A DNA stretch of 64,000 bases from Rhodosorus marinus CCMP1338 (taxonomy: Eukaryota; Plantae; Rhodophyta), in the NCBI GenBank assembly GCA_029953675.1, contig JAMWBK010000001.1:372001-436000 (forward strand), in the 5' to 3' direction. The notes under the pieces were generated by a model. That model saw only the letters and a list, made by a program, of their open reading frames with translations, was not told the origin of the DNA and did no database searches. Made by a program: the position numbers and the translations under genes. Shown piece after piece: positions 58,473-64,000 of the stretch (position 1 is its first letter; each line of letters opens with the position of its first letter).

Positions 58473-60995
58473 TCAGAGGAGTACGCCGACATCACTTCTT
58501 ATCGTTCTCTTGAGTGCACGTCGGATGACTCCAACAGATTTTTTGTTACCTTTCAGCGCATATATGTACATCATCGCATTGTAAGTGAAAGAGTCCGGGT
58601 TCACCTTGAGCTCGGTGAGTCGGTTCATCACGTCGACCGCGGTTTCAGTTTCTTTGAGTAGTGTACAACAGGCCAGTAGGGAGTTGAAAACCCCCAGGTC
58701 CGGCTTCAGGTTCTCCGATTCCATATCGTTCAGCGCGGCGATAGCCGCGGGCAGATCGCCCTTCGCAGAGTAGGCCTTGATCAGAGTAGCATAGCCAACA
58801 AAACCGGGCGACTCACCGCGCTGCTGAACTCTTTGAAACGCCCGCTCGACTGCATCGGCGCCTAGCTTCTTCGCAGCCACGACTACGCTATATCCCGCAG
58901 GTAGATTCTCCGGAAGTCCTGCGTCTAGCGCGGATTCTTCTCTAGTCGATGTTGGTAGGAAGGTTTGAGCAACTGACCTTCGGTTCCGAACACCATCAAC
59001 AGCTTTGAACCTCGTTGCCGAGGGTCCGATCGACGAAGACAACTGGAGATGCGAATCGTCTTGATTCGCGAAAGCAAGGAGAGCAGTAGGGCTCGTATCG
59101 AAAGTCCAGCCGAGACCCCTTCGTTGCATCTCCTCAAACGTCTTGATAATTCCCCCAAGATCACAAGCCCTCGCATGAGCATTGATTACTTGATTGAACG
59201 TAATCATGGACGGAGCACAACCCGACCTAAGCATTTCGATAAACGTCGCCTGTACTCCGACCAGATCCATCTGACCGGCATAAGAGCTGATAATGCAGTT
59301 GTAGGTGGCCGTGCTCGGTGATATTTCAAGCTCTCGCATCTGTTCTACTATTTTCAAAACACCAACGTGGTTTCCCCTTTTCGCGAACCCATCTATAATC
59401 GAAGTAAAAGCAACAACGTTCATCTTGACGTTGTTTTGGTTCATGATCTCGACCAGCTTTTCGGCGCCTTCAAAATCATTGTTCTTAACCATAGCATCCA
59501 CCATCGCAGTGTACATGGCCACATCTATTTGGACGCCATCCTCTAAGCATTCCTCAAAAACATGGATGGCGTGCTCCAGTTGCCCGCGACGTCCATATGC
59601 ATGAATGAGGCTCGTGTACGCCACTGGATCGAGGCGTTGACTCCGAAGTTTCACTCCACGCATGTGCGCCTTTGCTGCCTCCAAGTCTCCGTTCTTTAAA
59701 TACGAGTCAATTATTATATTGTCCGTGTATCCGCCCATATGAATTCCCATCTGTTTCATCCTTGCAATCAATTCTTTGAACTTCAGCATCGAGCCGAGCT
59801 TTCCATAGGCATTCAGCAGCGTGTTGCATGCGTTCTGAGTAGTACGATCCACGCCAAACTTAGTGAGGAGATCATCGAGGATCTTCTCTGCCCCCAGAAT
59901 ATCGCGACCTCTCACGTGGGCGAGGACCAAGCTGGAGTACGTAACGGCATCTGGTTTGGCACCAAGCCTTTCAATCACAGCCTTGGCCTCCTCCGGAAGC
60001 CCGGCTTGTGCGTAGCTGTTAACTACTACGTTCATATCCATTGTCCTTGGCCTGAGGCCGTTCGCCATCATTTCGTTGTACAGCTCCTCAGCTTCCTTCA
60101 AGCCTCCGTGTCGGCATAGAGCGTCGATCGCCAGATTATAAGTTGTCACGTTTGGTGTCAGTTCTTTATCTTCCTTTGAATACTCATCTCGAAGTTTGTA
60201 GAACAGTTTTATCGTTTCCCTCAGTTTTCCACATCGTTGGAAAGCGTCCATCATCGAGTGGTATAAACGGATGTCGAAAGTCAGCCGCTGCGAGGCCTCC
60301 TTTGCTACCCTCACCACTTCCTTGTACTCCTTTCTGCGTCCCAGGGCAATTATGCGCGCCGTGTAACAGTATCGGTCTACATCCACCGGAACGCCAAACT
60401 CACGCAGCTCGCTAATCATGTCCTCAACTGTTTCCAGTTGGCCATTCTTCGCCACGTCAACCATAAGCCTAGTGAATACACTCTTGTTCTCCTGAACGGC
60501 TTCAGGACCCAAATTGCTGATCTCCTGGCAAACACCATAAAGCTCGGCCGACCGCCTGGATCGCTTGTTTACCACGATGCTTTTACTGTAGTCGGATAGG
60601 GCCCCACCGCTCAGAGGTATGTTCAATTTAGAAAGATCCTCCTTGAACTTGCTAGCAAAACGCTGTTGCTGCATGATCCCGCTGTCCGCCATTGCAAGAA
60701 ACACTTTTCTGATGACACCATCAGACGGCAACCGCTTGTGCTCTTTAACAAGGTTCCAGGCTGCGACGAAGGATTGCGGTTTCGCCGCGGAACTTTTCAA
60801 GAGTTCGTCATATATCTCCTGGCCAACTTTCTTCCCATTGTGCTCAAGCTGATAGATGCTTCTGATGAGCTGTTGATGCTTCTTCTGTGCCACTAATTGT
60901 TTCAGAACCATCTCAGGCGGCATATCAGGCCTAGCCACCAGGTCTCTTCCGAAACCAATTGCCATTGCAAACGTGTTCATCTTCTTCTCCACCAT
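58473..60995 (-). CDS. P-class PPR protein (840 aa), probable plastid transit peptide (MAIGF...)
   Basis: Repeats PNVTTYNLAIDALCRHG, PDAVTYSSLVLAH, DPVAYTSLIHAYGRRG, NVVAFTSIIDGFAKRG, PDSFTYNAMM. Confidence 0.96.
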   Translation of the reverse strand: MVEKKMNTFAMAIGFGRDLVARPDMPPEMVLKQLVAQKKHQQLIRSIYQLEHNGKKVGQEIYDELLKSSAAKPQSFVAAWNLVKEHKRLPSDGVIRKVFLAMADSGIMQQQRFASKFKEDLSKLNIPLSGGALSDYSKSIVVNKRSRRSAELYGVCQEISNLGPEAVQENKSVFTRLMVDVAKNGQLETVEDMISELREFGVPVDVDRYCYTARIIALGRRKEYKEVVRVAKEASQRLTFDIRLYHSMMDAFQRCGKLRETIKLFYKLRDEYSKEDKELTPNVTTYNLAIDALCRHGGLKEAEELYNEMMANGLRPRTMDMNVVVNSYAQAGLPEEAKAVIERLGAKPDAVTYSSLVLAHVRGRDILGAEKILDDLLTKFGVDRTTQNACNTLLNAYGKLGSMLKFKELIARMKQMGIHMGGYTDNIIIDSYLKNGDLEAAKAHMRGVKLRSQRLDPVAYTSLIHAYGRRGQLEHAIHVFEECLEDGVQIDVAMYTAMVDAMVKNNDFEGAEKLVEIMNQNNVKMNVVAFTSIIDGFAKRGNHVGVLKIVEQMRELEISPSTATYNCIISSYAGQMDLVGVQATFIEMLRSGCAPSMITFNQVINAHARACDLGGIIKTFEEMQRRGLGWTFDTSPTALLAFANQDDSHLQLSSSIGPSATRFKAVDGVRNRRSVAQTFLPTSTREESALDAGLPENLPAGYSVVVAAKKLGADAVERAFQRVQQRGESPGFVGYATLIKAYSAKGDLPAAIAALNDMESENLKPDLGVFNSLLACCTLLKETETAVDVMNRLTELKVNPDSFTYNAMMYIYALKGNKKSVGVIRRALKRTIRSDVGVLL

Positions 60996-62548
60996 TTTGT
61001 ATAGATACTATGTCCAAACGCTGACCGTCCACACAAGAAATTTAGCGAACGGCTTGGACCCAGATTTTGTTCGTTGATAAAAACCAGCCGAGCCGGTTCT
61101 CAACCTCTCAAAACCATCCCATCATGACTATGGCCCTAGAAAATCAGAATCTAAGGTTTCTTTACAGCGCTACCAGCATTGTACGAAAAAGCAGATTAAG
61201 ATACAACAGTCCAAGAAACCCTACCAGCCGATTTTGCATCGCGTTATCGTTAACGACCGGAACACATTTCCATTCTGCTGAATGATCATCGTCGTCGACA
61301 CTAAAAATGTCCAGAAAAACGAGGAGAGGGGATGAGGGTGAGGTGTCGGGCGTGAGGCAAAAAGCACTCTATGCTAAATCAATTGAAACAGACTTAAAAA
61401 TATGATTCAGTAGATACTGACCTGTAGCTGGGAAGTGAGAAACACGAAGGCTATTGAGAGAAAGACGACACGCTCAACTATTGGTCATCAGTCCGCCAGC
61501 AATCTCCAGGCAGGGGACCAATTCCTGAAACACAAAGCAAGGAGTCTGAAAACTGACACAAAAAATAGTGCTTATCTTGATGTACTAAGCTAAGACATCA
61601 TCGTCCACTCAATAGGCTTCTTCCAACGATCCAAAAGCCAAGCCCCCGTCCCACTTCCCCTCCCAAGTTATGCTTCAACCAACCCACCAGCTAAATGACT
61701 GCATATCAATCAAAAACCTTAAAAAAGAAAAAAAATACGAAATTATCTAAATATCCTGAAGCTATTGGCTAATGCTCAAAATTTAACAAATCATAATTTG
61801 ACACGACACCCTATCGAGGTTCATATTCCGAAAAAATAGTGAAAATAGAGTTTTTTGATGATAAATGAATTAGTGTAGATTTTTTAAGGGCCTTCTCATG
61901 AAAAATTCCTTTGTGGCCGAAAATTATGGATTGTCACTTTTCTTCATGTGAAGGGTAACTCTTGTTTTCAATTGAGGTGGGACGCGAAGGGCGACTCGTT
62001 CCTAGTGGGAAGGGGATGAAGAGGATAAAGGGCAGAGGACAGGAAGTGTCTGGAGAGGACGGAGGTGATGTCGTGAGGATATTGAGGAAGAAGGGGGTTT
62101 ATTTGCAGGCAGTTAGTATTTGAGAAGGGGATTTTTTTTTGGAGGGGGGGGGGAGATTTGTTGAAGCGGCGGTCGGGGAGGTGTTTTTTGGGGGGGTGCG
62201 GGTTAGGAGTTGGGTTGCTAAGGTTTGGAAGAGTGTGGAACATTGACTAGCTGTGTTCAGAAAAGTGGCTTTGAGCGGGATTGGGAATGAGGTTTTGAGT
62301 TGAGAGACCCCGCTTTGGATCGTCAGAGGACGGTTGGGTGAGATTGGAATTGTTGGGTTCCTTCCTGTTCGGTTTTAGGGTTTTTGGGCTGCGCAGTAGG
62401 GAAACCGTTGTGCGCGTGAACGCGTTTGTTGTCGGGTGGGTTTCAAATTTTCGGTGTCAACCTGCTGGGTGCTAGTACGTGACCTATGAAATGGTACGGC
62501 CCTCCTAAGCGTGAGTCGGGTTAGATTTGTCGCTGTTGCTGGAAGATA

Positions 62549-64000
62549 ATGTCGGGAGCACTTTTGTTGCTTTCGGGCATTTATAAAACCACCATATGCC
62601 AGCAGTTGTTTAGCCTGGGTAAAATGCCCGTTGGGCGTACCCCAGTCTTGAGTGCAAACCGGTTTACTGCGCGGTTCTTGGGTATTGGACCCGGAGATCC
62701 AGAAAACGGGACCTTTCGTCTTGGGGAACGGGACAAGGAAATCAGAGATTCGAGGCCAGCCCGGAACAAGTGGGAGGCGAAGAATGGACGAGCCGTTAGC
62801 TACTGGGCAAGGGAGGCGGATAAGATGTACAAGGAGTTTCGGTTCATCGTGCAAGAGTCCAACGAAGTTCCCCAAACGTCGAATAAGTTATTTTCTTTGT
62901 TCAAAAGCCTGGGACTGGCTGGGGACGTTGAGAGACTAGATGAGGTACTCCGAATGTACCGACACGCTGGGCGCATTCCGGATCGTGTGCATTTCTGGAA
63001 GATGAACGCTTTATCCGTCAGGCGAAGGCACAATGAGCTCCTTCCGACTTACGAACAAATGCTACAAGACAACATGGCTCCCGGGAACCACGTCTTCAAT
63101 CTGCTCGTGTCCTCGCTTGCAAGGTCTGGTAGACTTGCGGAAGTAGCATTTGTCGTCCAGGAGATGGTGAAGCACGGGTTCGTTCCGTCTGCGGAGATGT
63201 ACAATACTTTGATCGATTCCTATGCACGGGCTCGGAACAGAGAAGGAGCTATGTGGTGGTTCGAGAGAATGCTTGAAGCACAGATTCAGCCGAACGTTAC
63301 AACGTACTCTACGATGGCGAGGATGCATGCGAGCTTTGGACGAATGGAGGACGTACTGTTGACCTTGGAGGACATGAGAGCAGCTGGCGTCCAACCGAAC
63401 GTGGTCACCTATGGAGGTCTGATGAATGAGTTTGTGGTGCACGGAAACAGAGATATTGTCCTTGAAATTTTTGAAATGATGCTCGCCGATAATATTCGTC
63501 CCAACTTTATCGTGCTGAATACGCTCCTGAAGTCCAGCGTTTATAGCAAGACTGAAGCGTTCAAAACGTACGAATTGTTCAAGAAGTATTCAGTAAGACC
63601 GAGCATCGTAACTCTCTCCTCACTCCTGAAAGCAACAGTTAGGACCGCGGATGTAGAGCTTGCGGAGCGCGTGGTAGCGGAAGTCGCTGCTCATGGATTG
63701 AAGATGGATCATATAATATATACGACCTTGATGAGCGTATATGCCAAGGCAGACCTGGTGGAAAAGACAGAAGAAACATTTCTAAGGTTTCGATGCTCAA
63801 TCAAGGAAATCGATGCACTCGCCTTTGAACCCATTGTTGATGTTCACAGCCGAATAGGGAACTCAGATAGAGCCATCGAGCTATTAGTAGAGGCCCGGCA
63901 AATTGCAAGAGCTAGCCGGCTTCTTGGTCTGATAATGAGGAATTTCCTCAACAGAGGAGATACGAACGCGATCTCCAAGCTGCTACGGATTGGCGGGAAG
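62549..64000 (+). CDS. P-class PPR protein, runs off the window end (absent from the ORF track because it has no stop)
   Basis: Continuous frame from ATG 62549 (MSGALLLLSG...) with PSAEMYNTLIDSYARA, PNVTTYSTMARMH, PNVVTYGGLMNEF, IIYTTLMSVYAKA. Confidence 0.93.
   Translation, partial: MSGALLLLSGIYKTTICQQLFSLGKMPVGRTPVLSANRFTARFLGIGPGDPENGTFRLGERDKEIRDSRPARNKWEAKNGRAVSYWAREADKMYKEFRFIVQESNEVPQTSNKLFSLFKSLGLAGDVERLDEVLRMYRHAGRIPDRVHFWKMNALSVRRRHNELLPTYEQMLQDNMAPGNHVFNLLVSSLARSGRLAEVAFVVQEMVKHGFVPSAEMYNTLIDSYARARNREGAMWWFERMLEAQIQPNVTTYSTMARMHASFGRMEDVLLTLEDMRAAGVQPNVVTYGGLMNEFVVHGNRDIVLEIFEMMLADNIRPNFIVLNTLLKSSVYSKTEAFKTYELFKKYSVRPSIVTLSSLLKATVRTADVELAERVVAEVAAHGLKMDHIIYTTLMSVYAKADLVEKTEETFLRFRCSIKEIDALAFEPIVDVHSRIGNSDRAIELLVEARQIARASRLLGLIMRNFLNRGDTNAISKLLRIGGK

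Noticed and set aside
1-64000. Prokaryotic operon, prophage or transposase
   Set aside because: The bacterial-type genes (panB, purF, fabZ-like, ybaB, Hc1-like) carry spliceosomal introns and/or targeting peptides and are interspersed with eukaryote-specific genes. No integrase, RT or DDE motifs were seen.

Overview
Compact, gene-dense eukaryotic nuclear DNA, most consistent with a red alga (Rhodophyta). The evidence is short GT-AG introns (mostly about 45-110 nt, with CTAAC/CTGAC-like branch points), several proteins with MAF/MGF/MxxGF-type plastid transit peptides, and a phycobiliprotein-fold gene. About 25 genes are recognisable after manual splicing: FIS1, a CRIB-domain PAK/STE20 kinase, PCNA, WRAP53/TCAB1, a plastid-targeted allophycocyanin-like protein, an mL40-like protein, 3R-MYB, YbaB/EbfC, eIF3j, an RNF185/RMA1-type RING ligase, PanB, a BAR-like plus auxilin-J protein, HOP1/ASY1, TSPO, PurF, GRWD1, an adenylate/UMP-CMP kinase, a FabZ-like protein, an Hc1 histone-H1-like protein, an FG-GAP protein and five PPR/PPR-like genes in the last 14 kb. 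The most notable observations are: (1) a nucleus-encoded, intron-containing, transit-peptide-bearing phycobiliprotein that keeps its bilin-attachment Cys; (2) a bacterial/viral-type Hc1 chromatin protein; (3) a cluster of divergent PPR genes; (4) a 43-bp duplication that appears to supply the in-frame start codon of the FabZ-like gene; (5) several perfect palindromes, one inside an E2F-site cluster upstream of PCNA. No tRNA, rRNA, CRISPR array or transposase was supported. All exon models and family assignments were made by eye, with no database searches.
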